Below are positions 1 through 10,319 of a stretch of DNA of 64,000 nt, one piece after another. The DNA is taken from assembly GCA_963844815.1 (NCBI GenBank), contig CAWJPR010000009.1, positions 815,130 through 879,129 on the forward strand. Reading direction: 5' to 3'. The notes under the pieces are model-generated. The model saw only the letters and a program-made list of their open reading frames with translations. It made no database searches and was not told the origin of the DNA. Every line of letters begins with the position of its first letter. The first letter of the stretch is position 1. Source of the stretch: an uncultured Chloroflexia bacterium. Its GTDB lineage: Bacteria; Chloroflexota; Anaerolineae; Fen-1058. A program made the translations under genes and the position numbers.

Positions 1-1532
1 GGAGAGCGCGGGCGTGTCGCGCGAGTATTGCACGCCCTGCGTGGGCGAGTTCTGAATGCCCACTGTCGCGCTGGCGCCAAAGTCGACCTGCGGATTATCG
101 AAGTCCACGTCCTTGTACTGCAGCTTGATCACACTGCTGCCTTCATAGAGAATGATCTCGAAATCTCCCGTGTCGCCGGGCTGAGTTTCGCTTTCCAGCC
201 GCGAGAAGCGCGCATACTCGATCACAACGCGGCGATCAGGCGCAGTGCCCAGCACCTGATAGTACAGGCCGCCCGGCCAGAGATAGAGATCGTCCCACAA
301 CGGCGCAATAAAGCGATCGATATAGAAATTATCGTGAGGAATGGGTTGATTGTTGGGACCGGGATAAACACCGGCCTCGATGGCCTCCGGGAAATACAGC
401 GAGCCATCGACCTGCACACCGGCCTGGGTGTAATATGTGCCGTAGAAATTGAATCCGAACGGAATCGGAACAGGATAACACTTGCTGCTGTTCGGGCCGT
501 AGAATCCCATCTGAATGCCGGTCTCGCTGATCTCGAGCCAGTCGTACTTGACGCCGGGCAGCACACCGCCCCCCAGACTATCGCCCCATTCATAATCGCC
601 GCTGGTGTTGGTGTGCGTCGTCGTGTAAGGGAGATCGCCCACCCATTCGATGCGATCGGCCGCCGTGTAGACCGTGCCGGAGGTGGCGATCACACTCCCC
701 GGCACATAGCTCGTGTGCGGCGGAACATCATCACGCACGGAAGCCACGTATGTTTGATCGGACGCGTTACGCACGTGGATGGTGTAAGTCAGCATATCCC
801 CGCCGGCAGCCTGCGGTTTATCGACCGACTTGGTCGAGGCCGAAAGATCGAAGACCCGCAAAGTGGAAACAGCCGATCGGCTGAAGCTGTGCCCCAGGCC
901 ATCGTCGAAGATCGCCGTATTCGTGATCGTCTGGCCGTCGCGCCAGCCTTCCAGCGGAGCATACACTGAGAAACTGAAACGGATCGGATCACGGTGCGAG
1001 ATGATCTCGCCCTTCCATTTGACCTGCCGCAGGCCGTTATCGTAGGTCGCACCGCTGGCGCTGCCGATAAAGCCATCAAACGAGGTGCCCGCCGGGATGG
1101 TGTCGATCACCTGCGCGAAGTCCAGCGCGGTGATGTCGCTGTGCAGTTCGATCGTATAGACGAGGTGCGTGCCCGGAAAAATCGCAGACGGGTCAGTGTT
1201 TACCGTCGAGTTGCAGAAATCGTCGCGCAGGCGATAGCCTTCGACCTTGTTGGAGTTGAGGTTGTACACTTTGCTGGTTCCACCAGCCAGCACCAGCCGG
1301 CCGGCCACGTACGCGAGGCCGCTGCCCGCGCGCTGATAGTCGGAAAAAGCATCGGGATGGACGGTTCAAACTGCCAGGCCGTTGAGCTGGCGTTGTTCGA
1401 TCGAGCTGCCAATGGGACGCACAGGCAGACCGCGTCTGGATGGAGAGGAACGATCGGCTCCGGAAGCGAAATCGGGCTTATGGCGATCAGCAATGCGACC
1501 AACGTGCAGACAGAGAAGAACCGATGTGCCAT
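1..1532 (-). CDS. Large secreted protein with DUF11-like repeats and a nidogen-like region; runs off the window edge; frameshift near 1360
   Basis: ATG at 1532 with GGAGG upstream and hydrophobic signal MAHRFFSVCTLVALLIAISP. After a frame change the minus strand is open from ~1360 to 1, with LVYTIELHS..VIDTIPAGTSF, STKSVDKPQAAGGDMLTYTIHVRN, IPFGFNFYGTYY and FIAPLWDDL. The 28..969 + ORF is its antisense shadow. Confidence 0.7.
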
Positions 1533-1664
1533 GGTTTACCTCCATGCTTCTAGCATACACCCAATTCTTAGATTTTGGTTTGAGAAAACACCGATGACGC
1601 CTGTAATCCTAATCCCGAGACACCTCGCACTTCATAAAAGTCTGGGAATGCGGCATTGTCCGCA

Positions 1665-1690
1665 GAATATTCACATATTCGGATATAATT
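1665..1690 (+). promoter_or_regulatory. Probable promoter/operator of the ArsR gene
   Basis: AT-rich gaatattcacatattcggatataat containing TATAAT about 30 nt before the GGGAGG RBS and ATG 1718; repeated atattc resembles ArsR-family operators. Confidence 0.4.
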
Positions 1691-1717
1691 GGGGTATCCT
1701 ACCGGGAGGCAATCGCC

Positions 1718-2074
1718 ATGCAACAGCCACAAGAAGCCGAAATTCAACTGTTCCACGCCCAAATCTGCCAGGCGCTCGCCGACCCAACCCGCATCTTGCT
1801 ACTCTATCGCCTGGCCGAGGGGCCGCAGAGCGTAGGCGAACTGGCGAGCGGATTGAACATCAGCCAGCCAACCGTATCGCGTCACCTGAAAGTGTTACGC
1901 GAGCGCGGAATGGTCACTTCGACCCGCTATGGCGCCACGGTGGAATATCGTCTCATCGATGACCGCCCGATTCAGGCGCTGGACCTGCTGCGCTCCGTGC
2001 TGCGCGACAGCCTTTCGCGCAGTGCCGAACTGGCCGGCGTGCTGAGTGAATCAAATGAGGGTAAAGAAGTCTAG
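1718..2074 (+). CDS. ArsR/SmtB-family transcriptional regulator
   Basis: CQALADPTRILLL...SVGELA...ISQPTVSRHLKVLRERGMV winged-HTH signature. Confidence 0.93.
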   Translation: MQQPQEAEIQLFHAQICQALADPTRILLLYRLAEGPQSVGELASGLNISQPTVSRHLKVLRERGMVTSTRYGATVEYRLIDDRPIQALDLLRSVLRDSLSRSAELAGVLSESNEGKEV

Positions 2075-2104
2075 AGGCACGTGCTGGAAGCCGATCAACA
2101 GCAC

Positions 2105-2139
2105 GAGTCGAATTCGTGCCTCGAGCGTGAATTCGACTC
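2105..2139. terminator. Hairpin between convergent genes
   Basis: gagtcgaattc...gaattcgactc 11-bp inverted repeat. Confidence 0.55.
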
Positions 2140-2161
2140 TTGAGTGATGGTTAGGCGTAGA

Positions 2162-3244
2162 TTACTGCACAGGCTCAACAGCCACCACATCACCCAGTGC
2201 GTTCACCTTCAACTTCCAGCGGCTGCCCACCGCGTATTTCAGCAACTCACTGGCATTGGCCACTGCCATCCGATACTCTTTGCCGTCCGAAGAAAAGAGC
2301 ACGACGTAGGATTCTGCGCGATCGCCCTCGCGTTGATCAGGGCTCAGATTGACCGCCGGCCACTGCGGATTGGCATCCGCTCCTTTGGCTACGAGGGAAT
2401 CGATCACCATCCATTGAGGCTGAGTGTAAGCGCACCAGTCATCCTTCACTTCATACTGGCAATCCTGCACCACTTTGCCCACGCCCGTGCCGGTATCGAG
2501 CGTGTAGGGCGTGCCGCAGATTTTCTCGGAATTGGGCGCGGGCTGATCCTGCACGCCGCGCACGCGCAACTCGCATGATCCCATGGCCGCGCCGGGCGGG
2601 ATCTGATCACGCCACGTTTCGCGCTCTACCGGCCGCTGCTCCATGATCTCGATTGCCCGCTGCCACTGCACGCCCTGCACCGCCGCCGAGGTATCGCTGG
2701 TGCGGAAGAACAACAGCCCGCACACGATGGCCGCCACGATCAACACGCCGATGCCGATCAGCAGCGGCAGGCGATTCGTTGCAGCCGGTGCGGCAGCGGG
2801 CGGCGCCTGGGGTTGATCGACCGGGCGTTGAGCCACGCGGAGCGTGCCCGCGCACTTGCTGCACTTCAACGCCGTGGCCGGGTTCATGGCCCCGCAGTAG
2901 GGACATTTCACATCGGGTTTCTTCTCGGCGGAAAAAGCGCCCAGCACCTCGCCCGCCTGGCGCACGGCGGCCCCGGTCAGATCGGCGCTGCACTGCGAGC
3001 AGGTCTTGGCATCGGCCGCGTTGCGCGCGCCGCAATACTTGCAGGTCACGTCGGGGCCGCGTTCTGCTGTGGCGATCACGGCTTCATCTTTGACCAGCTC
3101 CTGCTGCGCGGGCATCTCAAACTTGTCCGTCTCGCTCATCACGTTGCCGCAGCCGGCGCAGATCTTGGTGGTGCCGGGATTCTTGGAGCCACAGCGCTTG
3201 CACGTCCATTCCAGGTTGACAAAGCCGACCGTTTCTTGTGGCAT
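2162..3244 (-). CDS. Triple zinc-ribbon membrane protein
   Basis: Three CxxC..CxxC units (CKRC/CAGC, CKYC/CSQC, CPYC/CSKC), Pro/Ala linker, one TM helix (LLIGIGVLIVAAIVCGLLFF), Cys-containing C-terminal domain. Confidence 0.85.
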   Translation of the reverse strand: MPQETVGFVNLEWTCKRCGSKNPGTTKICAGCGNVMSETDKFEMPAQQELVKDEAVIATAERGPDVTCKYCGARNAADAKTCSQCSADLTGAAVRQAGEVLGAFSAEKKPDVKCPYCGAMNPATALKCSKCAGTLRVAQRPVDQPQAPPAAAPAATNRLPLLIGIGVLIVAAIVCGLLFFRTSDTSAAVQGVQWQRAIEIMEQRPVERETWRDQIPPGAAMGSCELRVRGVQDQPAPNSEKICGTPYTLDTGTGVGKVVQDCQYEVKDDWCAYTQPQWMVIDSLVAKGADANPQWPAVNLSPDQREGDRAESYVVLFSSDGKEYRMAVANASELLKYAVGSRWKLKVNALGDVVAVEPVQ

Positions 3245-3530
3245 CCGCTATCCTCCGCTTTCGGGCTAAAGTCAGCCGCCGGGGATTTTCCTGCGCTTAG
3301 TTTAGCACGAGCCGCCAACCAGGTCAAAGATTTTACGCACTGCGGCAAGCCTGTCCCCCGGCCGCATTTCGAGCACGGAGGATAAACGTCATACAAAACA
3401 CATTTTTAGAAGATGACATTTGGACCGTTCAGATAGTGAATCTTCACGCGTCAGAGATGACATCATGCACTCCCCAGCCCCCTGCAATAGCTTTATGCTA
3501 AAGATGCCCAATATCCGATTCGGAGGATCT

Positions 3531-3782
3531 ATGGCTGCCAAGGGCCGTATCGAAATCGACGCGGAACACTGCAAGGGGTGCGAGCTGTGCACCACCGTCT
3601 GCCCGCAGAACGTAATCAAGATGTCCGATTGGTTCAACGCCAAGGGATATCGTCCCGCCGCGCTGGTTGATCCCAACGGCGAATGCACCGGCTGCGCTGT
3701 GTGCGCCGTCATCTGCCCGGATGCCGTGATCACCGTTTATCGCACCGTCACCGGACGCGCTTCCGTCGCGGCGTTAGCATAG
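3531..3782 (+). CDS. 2x[4Fe-4S] ferredoxin-like delta subunit of 2-oxoacid:ferredoxin oxidoreductase
   Basis: GGAGG RBS before ATG 3531; CKGCELCTTVCP and CTGCAVCAVICP. Confidence 0.92.
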   Translation: MAAKGRIEIDAEHCKGCELCTTVCPQNVIKMSDWFNAKGYRPAALVDPNGECTGCAVCAVICPDAVITVYRTVTGRASVAALA

Positions 3783-3794
3783 GGGGAGAGTGCC

Positions 3795-4883
3795 ATGGCT
3801 AAAGAGCTGCTCAAAGGCAATGTCGCCATTGCCGAGGCCGCCGTACGCGCCGGCCTGGAGGCCTATTTCGGCTACCCCATCACTCCGCAGACCGAGCTGC
3901 TGGAGCACATGTCCAAGCGTATGCCGGAACTGGGCCGCGCTTTCGTGCAGGCTGAAAGCGAAGTCGCCGCCATCAACATGGTGTACGGCGCCGCCTCGAC
4001 CGGCAAACGCGTGATGACGTCTTCGTCGAGCCCCGGCGTCAGCCTGATGCAAGAGGGCTTGAGCTACATCGCCGGGTCGGAAGTGCCGGCCGTCGTTGTC
4101 GACGTGATGCGCGGCGGGCCGGGCCTGGGCAATATCGCGCCCAGCCAGTCCGATTATTTCCAGATGGTGAAGACGGCAGGCCACGGCGACTACAAGCAGA
4201 TCGTGCTCGCCCCCGCCACCGTGCAGGAAGCCATCGATCTGACCCTGCTGGCCTTTGATCTGGCGGATAAATACCGCACGATCGCCACGGTGCTGCTCGA
4301 CGGCAACATCGGGCAGCTGATGGAACCGGCGGAATTGCCGCCCATGCGCCCGCTGCGCCAGACGCTGCCCGAATGGGCCGTGTCGGGCGCTAAAGGCCGC
4401 AAGAAGAATATCATCTCGTCCATCCACCTGCAGCCGGAAGTGCTGGAGGCCTTCAACCGCAAGCTGCAAGCGAAGCTCAAGACCATCGCCGCCAACGAAG
4501 TGCGCTACAAGGAATACATGCTCGAAGGCGCGGAGTTGATCGTCGCGGGCTTTGGCACCGCCGGTCGAGTGGCCCAGACCGCGGTGAAGCTGGCGCGCGC
4601 GCAAGGCATCCCGGTGGGGCTGCTCCGGCCGATCACGTTGTGGCCGTTTCCCGAAGAACGCCTCTCGCAGTTGGCCGACGAAGCGCGCGGCTTCCTCGTG
4701 GTGGAGATGAACGCCGGCCAGATGATCGACGACGTGAAGATCGCCGTGGCCGGTCAATGCCCGGTGGAGTTCTACGGCCGCACTGGCGGCATGGTGCCGC
4801 TGCCCGACGAAGTCCTGGCGGCCATCGCCAAACTCGATCAAGCCACACTGCCCGCCAGCCGGATTCCGGTGCTGAATGGATAG
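3795..4883 (+). CDS. vorB: 2-oxoacid:ferredoxin oxidoreductase alpha subunit, VorB type
   Basis: [54 protein letters not shown]. Confidence 0.9.
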   Translation: MAKELLKGNVAIAEAAVRAGLEAYFGYPITPQTELLEHMSKRMPELGRAFVQAESEVAAINMVYGAASTGKRVMTSSSSPGVSLMQEGLSYIAGSEVPAVVVDVMRGGPGLGNIAPSQSDYFQMVKTAGHGDYKQIVLAPATVQEAIDLTLLAFDLADKYRTIATVLLDGNIGQLMEPAELPPMRPLRQTLPEWAVSGAKGRKKNIISSIHLQPEVLEAFNRKLQAKLKTIAANEVRYKEYMLEGAELIVAGFGTAGRVAQTAVKLARAQGIPVGLLRPITLWPFPEERLSQLADEARGFLVVEMNAGQMIDDVKIAVAGQCPVEFYGRTGGMVPLPDEVLAAIAKLDQATLPASRIPVLNG

Positions 4884-4913
4884 GCATCGACCGTTAAGGG
4901 AGAGCATTCGAAC

Positions 4914-5816
4914 ATGACCACCACACCCGTTGAACAACTTGTTTACCAGCGGCCTGAAGCCCTGAGCGATGTGCACACGCATTACTGCCCCGGCTGCACA
5001 CACGGCGTGGCGCATCGCCTCATCGCCGAAGTCATCGATGAGCTGGGCATCCGCGAGAACACCATCGGCGTCGCGCCGGTCGGCTGCTCGGTGTTTTGCT
5101 ACAACTATCTTGAAGTCGATTTCGTGGAGGCGGCGCACGGCCGCGCCCCGGCCATGGCCACCGGCATCAAGCGCGTGCTGCCCGATCGGGTTGTTTTCAC
5201 CTACCAGGGCGATGGCGACCTGGCCTCGATCGGGTTGGCCGAAATCATGCACGCCGCGCTGCGCGGCGAGAATCTCACCGTGATCTTCATCAACAACGCC
5301 ATCTACGGCATGACCGGCGGACAGATGGCGCCCACCACGCTGCCGGGCATGAAGACGACCTCGTCGCCCATGGGCCGCGATGTGGAAACCTCCGGCTTCC
5401 CGATCCGGATCTGTGAACTGCTGGCCACGATGGACGGCGCAACTTACCTCGCGCGGCGCAGCCTGCACAACCCCACGGAGATCCGCAAGGCGAAAAAAGC
5501 CATCAAGCAGGCCTTCGAGAATCAGCTGCACGGTTACGGCCTTTCGCTGGTGGAGCTGTTGTCGAGCTGCCCCACCAACTGGGACATCCCGCCGGCTGAA
5601 GCGTTGAAGTGGATCGAAACGCAGATGGTGCCGGTCTATCCGTTGGGCGACTTCAAGAATGTGAAGAGACTAACGAGTCAACCACTGCTACACAGTCGTA
5701 TTCGCAGGAGTACGACATGTCTTACGATATTATCTTCAGCGGCTTTGGCGGACAGGGCGCGTTATTCGCCGGTCAACTGCTGGCCTATGCGGCGATGGAC
5801 GCTGGCCGCTTTGTGA
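4914..5816 (+). CDS. 2-oxoacid:ferredoxin oxidoreductase beta (TPP-binding) subunit; true stop probably near 5670
   Basis: [42 protein letters not shown]. The tail overlaps the next gene by 100 nt, suggesting an indel removed the stop. Confidence 0.9.
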   Translation: MTTTPVEQLVYQRPEALSDVHTHYCPGCTHGVAHRLIAEVIDELGIRENTIGVAPVGCSVFCYNYLEVDFVEAAHGRAPAMATGIKRVLPDRVVFTYQGDGDLASIGLAEIMHAALRGENLTVIFINNAIYGMTGGQMAPTTLPGMKTTSSPMGRDVETSGFPIRICELLATMDGATYLARRSLHNPTEIRKAKKAIKQAFENQLHGYGLSLVELLSSCPTNWDIPPAEALKWIETQMVPVYPLGDFKNVKRLTSQPLLHSRIRRSTTCLTILSSAALADRARYSPVNCWPMRRWTLAAL

Positions 5817-6274
5817 CGTGGATTCCATCCTACGGCCCGGAGATGCGCGGCGGCACGGCCCACTGCACCGTCATCATCTCCGATGAAGAGATCGGCTCGC
5901 CGCTGGTGCGCAATCCCTCGACCGTGATCGCCTTGAACAATCCTTCGGCAGAAAAGTATGAGCCGCAGCTGGCGACCAACGGCTATCTCTTCTACAACTC
6001 GTCGCTGGTCTCGCATCAATTCACGCGGCGCAACATTCACGCCATCGCGATTCCGGGCAGCGCCGCCGCCGCCGAGTTGGGCCATGCCAAGCTGCTCAAC
6101 ATGGTGATGCTCGGCGCGGTGCTGGCCCACGTGCCGGTGCTTCCCCTCGAAGTGGTGGAGCAGGCGCTGGACAATCACATTCCGGCCCGCCGCCGCGATT
6201 TGCTGGAGGCCAATAAACTAGCCTTACGCAAGGGGATCGAACTGGCGCAGCAGGCCGTTTTGATCCCCACCTAA
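5717..6274 (+). CDS. 2-oxoacid:ferredoxin oxidoreductase gamma subunit
   Basis: AGGAG RBS; [25 protein letters not shown]. Confidence 0.92.
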   Translation: MSYDIIFSGFGGQGALFAGQLLAYAAMDAGRFVTWIPSYGPEMRGGTAHCTVIISDEEIGSPLVRNPSTVIALNNPSAEKYEPQLATNGYLFYNSSLVSHQFTRRNIHAIAIPGSAAAAELGHAKLLNMVMLGAVLAHVPVLPLEVVEQALDNHIPARRRDLLEANKLALRKGIELAQQAVLIPT

Positions 6275-6295
6275 TCGCACTGGACAAGAAACGCG

Positions 6296-6338
6296 AAAGA
6301 CACGATCATATCACTGCCCAAACCCGATCGTGTCTTTT
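6296..6338 (+). terminator. Hairpin between the oxidoreductase genes and the aminotransferase
   Basis: aaagacacgatc...gatcgtgtcttt 12-bp stem followed by T-rich tail. Confidence 0.45.
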
Positions 6339-6378
6339 GTCTCTCTCAGACCCACATCACCCAGGAGGAAAATCGAGA

Positions 6379-7629
6379 ATGACTACACCATGGGCCCAGC
6401 GTTACGCGCTCCGCACGCACAGCATGAGCAGTTCCGCCATCCGCGAATTGCTCAAGCTGACAGAGCAGCCCGACATCATCTCCTTTGGCGGTGGTTTGCC
6501 GGCCCCCGAATTGTTCCCCATTGAAGAAATGAAAGCCGCCTGCGACGTGGTGCTCACCGAGATGGGACCGCGCGCCTTGCAGTACAGCACCACTGAAGGC
6601 TATGCGCCCTTGCGCGAAATGCTGGCGCGGAACATGGCCCGCTACGGCATCAACGTCGACGCCGATAACATCATTATCACTTCGGGATCACAGCAGGCGC
6701 TGGATTTGATCGGCAAACTGTTGATCAATCCCGGCGATCGCATCCTGACCGAGAACCCGTCGTATCTCGGCGCCATTCAAGCCTTCACGGCCTATCAGGC
6801 GCAGTACGTCACGGTGCCCATCGACGACGATGGGCTGCAGGTCGCGAAACTGGAAGCCGCGCTGCGCACCGGGCCCAAGTTCATGTACATCCTGCCCAAC
6901 TTTCAGAATCCGACGGGCGTGACGCTATCGCTCACCCGCCGCTACGATCTGATCGCGCTGGCGGAGGAGTACGGCATCCCGATCGTCGAAGATGATCCCT
7001 ACGGCCAGCTGCGCTTCGAGGGTGAACACCTCAAGCCGCTGGTCACGCTCGACGCGGAATACGAAGGCTGCGACGGCAGCGGCGGCTATACCGGCAACGT
7101 GATCTACACCAGTACCTTCAGCAAGACGTTGGCGCCCGGCCTGCGCCTGGGCTGGATCGTTGCGCCCAAGGACGTGGTCTTCAAGCTGGTGCAGATGAAA
7201 CAGGGCACCGATCTGCACACCAGCTCATTCGATCAGATGGTGGCCTATGAAGTGGCGCGCGGCGGCTTCCTGGATCAGCACGTGCGCCGCATCCGCGAGG
7301 TCTATCGCCAGCGCCGCGATGTGATGCTGCGCACGATGGAAGATTACTTCCCGCCGGAAGTGCGCTGGACGCATCCGCAGGGCGGCTTGTTCCTGTGGGC
7401 CACCACGCCGGAATCGATCGACACGACCGATCTGTTGAAAGAGGCCATTCAGCAGAAGGTGGCCTTTGTGCCCGGTTATTCCTTCCATCCCACCGGCGGC
7501 GGGCGTAACACCATGCGGCTCAACTTCAGCAACGCCAGTGAAGAGATGATCGTGGAAGGCATCCGCCGCCTGTCGGTGGCGATCAAGCAGCGGTTGGCGC
7601 AGCAGGCGCCGGTGTTCTCCATTAATTGA
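6379..7629 (+). CDS. PLP-dependent class I/II aminotransferase (LysN/aromatic-amino-acid aminotransferase-like)
   Basis: SSAIRELLK, ISFGGGLP, GSQQALDL, PNFQNPTG, EDDPYG, TFSKTLAPGLRLGW; AGGAGG RBS. Confidence 0.92.
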   Translation: MTTPWAQRYALRTHSMSSSAIRELLKLTEQPDIISFGGGLPAPELFPIEEMKAACDVVLTEMGPRALQYSTTEGYAPLREMLARNMARYGINVDADNIIITSGSQQALDLIGKLLINPGDRILTENPSYLGAIQAFTAYQAQYVTVPIDDDGLQVAKLEAALRTGPKFMYILPNFQNPTGVTLSLTRRYDLIALAEEYGIPIVEDDPYGQLRFEGEHLKPLVTLDAEYEGCDGSGGYTGNVIYTSTFSKTLAPGLRLGWIVAPKDVVFKLVQMKQGTDLHTSSFDQMVAYEVARGGFLDQHVRRIREVYRQRRDVMLRTMEDYFPPEVRWTHPQGGLFLWATTPESIDTTDLLKEAIQQKVAFVPGYSFHPTGGGRNTMRLNFSNASEEMIVEGIRRLSVAIKQRLAQQAPVFSIN

Positions 7630-7659
7630 GTCGGCCTCCGCCGGAACCGTGCCAGGCAG

Positions 7660-7691
7660 GAGAGCGAGCGCGCGGGCGCTCGCTCTCTTTT
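7660..7691 (+). terminator. Rho-independent terminator
   Basis: gagagcgagcgc-gcgg-gcgctcgctctc followed by tttt. Confidence 0.7.
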
Positions 7692-7710
7692 GCGTTCGAA
7701 AAAGGATAGC

Positions 7711-8199
7711 ATGATCCCCATCGTCTCCATCGTCGGAAAGTCGGATGCCGGGAAGACCACGTTGATCGAAAAACTCATTCCCGAGCTCAAGCGGCGCGGC
7801 TATCGCGTGGCGACCATCAAGCACGACGCGCATCGCTTCGAGATCGATCACCCCGGCAAGGATTCGTATCGTCACTTCCACGCGGGGGCCGACTGGACCA
7901 TCATCGGTTCACCGGACAAAATCGCCCATGTGCGGCGGCTCGATCGGGAGCTCACGCTGGACGAGATTGCCGCGCAGATCAGCGGCGTGGACATCATCCT
8001 CACCGAAGGCTACAAGCGTGAAGCCCGCTGCCGCATCGAAGTCTCGCGCCGCGCCCCCACCGCCGGGCTGATCAGCCGGCCGGATGAATTGTTGGCCATT
8101 GCCGCCGATTATCCGATCGAATTGGGTGTGCCGGCGTATGACCTTGACGATGCGGCCGGGCTGGTCGATCTGATCGAACGCGAGGTCTTGAGGAAGTAA
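7711..8199 (+). CDS. mobB: Molybdopterin-guanine dinucleotide biosynthesis protein B
   Basis: IVGKSDAGKTTLIEKL, TIKHDAH.FEID..GKDS, DIILTEGYK. Confidence 0.92.
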   Translation: MIPIVSIVGKSDAGKTTLIEKLIPELKRRGYRVATIKHDAHRFEIDHPGKDSYRHFHAGADWTIIGSPDKIAHVRRLDRELTLDEIAAQISGVDIILTEGYKREARCRIEVSRRAPTAGLISRPDELLAIAADYPIELGVPAYDLDDAAGLVDLIEREVLRK

Positions 8200-8240
8200 C
8201 GCCTCCAGGAAGTTTGTTTTTCACGCCGTCCTCAGGTACA

Positions 8241-9471
8241 ATGCCCGCCGAAGCCACCTTCGCCCGGAGTACCCGTATGGATCGCCGACCGCTGCTGCCC
8301 GGCGCAGTAGTTGCCATGCTGGCCATTGCGCTTGCCATCTACTTGATCGAGAAGATCGGGCAAGCGCTGTTGGCGATCAGCAATGTCATCCTGCTGGTGG
8401 CGCTGGCCTGGATCCTCACCTTGATGCTGCGCCCGGCCGTGAACTGGATTCATAGCCTCACGCTGCCCGACCGGTTGATCCAGCCGCTGCGCCAGCGTTG
8501 GGGATCACGCGTGGCCGATCGGTTGGTGCACCCGTCTCTACGGCTATTCGATCTTAATCGTCTATCTCCTGCTGCTGGCCGTGGTCTCCGTCATCGTGCT
8601 GGCCCTCATCCCGCTGGTGATTGAGCAAACACGCCAGCTCGTGATCACGTTGCAGCAGCAGGCCAATGCCCTGCCCGATCTCATCCAGCGCATCACCGAA
8701 ATGGTCACCAACACGCGCGATTTTCTGGTCACGCGCCTGAACATTGATCCGGCGCTCATCGTCCTGCCCCGGGCTGAAGAAATTGCCAGCCAGATCACCG
8801 GGTTCGCCAGCAATCTGCTGCAAATCGGCTTCAGCATCGTGGGCACCATTGCCGCGACGCTGGGCCAGGTCATGCTGGTGGTTTTCCTCAGCGCCTTCAT
8901 CATGATCGACGGCAAAGAAACCACGCGCTCCGTCATGCGGCTGGTGCCGCGCCAGTATGAGCCTGACGCTAAAGCATTTCTGAAAACCAGCGAGCTGGCC
9001 TTCACCGGGTTCATTCGCGGCACGGCGCTGCAGGGCCTCATCTACGGCCTGGGTGTGACGATCTTCATGACGCTCTTCGGCATCGGCTCGCCCATCGCGG
9101 TGGGCGTGATCACGGGTGTGCTGATGGTGATCCCCGTGGTGGGTGGCGTGCTCGGTTTGATCATCCCGCTGCTGGCCGCCCTGCTGCAATCATCACCCAA
9201 CACGGTCTGGCTGATGATCTGCCTGAGCGTGTTTGAGGTGGTGCTGTTCAACTTCGTCGCGCCACGGCTGATCAGCCAATCGGTGAAGATTCCAGCGCTG
9301 CTGGTCATCGTGGGAATTTTGATCGGCTGGCAGTTGATGGGCTTCTGGGGCTTCGTCTTCGCAGTGCCCGTCGTGGCCGTGGTGTACTCGATCGGGCTGG
9401 TGCTCCTCGAACGCGTCGTGCGCCAGCACGAGCAGGAAACCACGTCTCCGCCTCCCGGAGACCTCCCATGA
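8241..9471 (+). CDS. AI-2E (PerM/UPF0118) family transporter; frameshift near 8540; start uncertain
   Basis: Two overlapping hydrophobic ORFs (8214..8624, 8581..9471); FIRGTALQG, IPVVGG, PRLISQSVKIP, GFWGFVFAVP. Confidence 0.8.
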
Positions 9472-9495
9472 CCGGGCCATCAAGCAGTCTATGCC

Positions 9496-10266
9496 GTGCG
9501 CGGCGCCAGGATCGATCAAGTGCAGCCCTTCGCGTTTGACCGCGGCCCCATCGGTTGTGTGTTGCTCCACGGTTTTACGGCTGCCCCCAAAGAAATGCGG
9601 CCGCTGGGCGACTATCTGGCGGCGCGCAACTACACCGTGCGCGGTGTGCGCTATGCCGGGCACGGCACTTCACCGCAAGATCTGGCGCGCACCACGCGGC
9701 GGGATTGGGTCGCCTCGGCCGAAGAAGCCGTAGCGGAACTGCGCGGACGCTGCACCCAGGTATGGTCGATTGGCCTGTCGCTGGGCGGCCTGATCGGCCT
9801 GCACCTGGCCGAGCAGCACCTGGTCGATGGCGTGTGTGCCATTGCGCCAGCCATCTTCCCGCCCGATCGGCGCATGGCCATCGCGCGCCTGCTCACACCC
9901 TTCAGGCCTTATACGCGCAAAGATTTGGCCGATCTGCAAGACCCGATCGCGCTGGCCGAGCACGCCGATTACGAACAATTCCCCACGCGCGCGGTGGCCG
10001 AACTCAACGCGTTGATGCGGCACGCGCGACGGCATCTGGCCCAGATCGATGTTCCGCTGTTGTTGATCTTCGCGCGGCACGATCGCGTCGTCCCGCTCGA
10101 CACGCTGGACTACATCTGGCCGCGCGTCGCTTCCGCCGACAAACAGCAGCTCATTCTGGACCGCGGCGGCCATATTGTGACCGAAGACTACGACAAAGAC
10201 ATCGCCTTTGCGGCGATTGAGCGATTTCTGCAACAGCGCTCACCCAACGTGAAACGCAGCACGTAA
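9496..10266 (+). CDS. Alpha/beta-hydrolase carboxylesterase/monoacylglycerol lipase-like
   Basis: LLHGFT, GHGTS, GLSLGG nucleophile elbow, DRVV, GHIVTED. Confidence 0.9.
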   Translation: MRGARIDQVQPFAFDRGPIGCVLLHGFTAAPKEMRPLGDYLAARNYTVRGVRYAGHGTSPQDLARTTRRDWVASAEEAVAELRGRCTQVWSIGLSLGGLIGLHLAEQHLVDGVCAIAPAIFPPDRRMAIARLLTPFRPYTRKDLADLQDPIALAEHADYEQFPTRAVAELNALMRHARRHLAQIDVPLLLIFARHDRVVPLDTLDYIWPRVASADKQQLILDRGGHIVTEDYDKDIAFAAIERFLQQRSPNVKRST

Positions 10267-10319
10267 CATCCGGCTGGGCGTTTTACGCCTTACGCATCAC
10301 TCGTTACTGATGACTCCTC

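Noticed and set aside
1363-1368. In-frame TGA as selenocysteine or readthrough joining ORF 1366..1560 to the long downstream frame
   Set aside because: The RBS and signal peptide are in the 1532 frame; no redox motif or evident SECIS-like hairpin.
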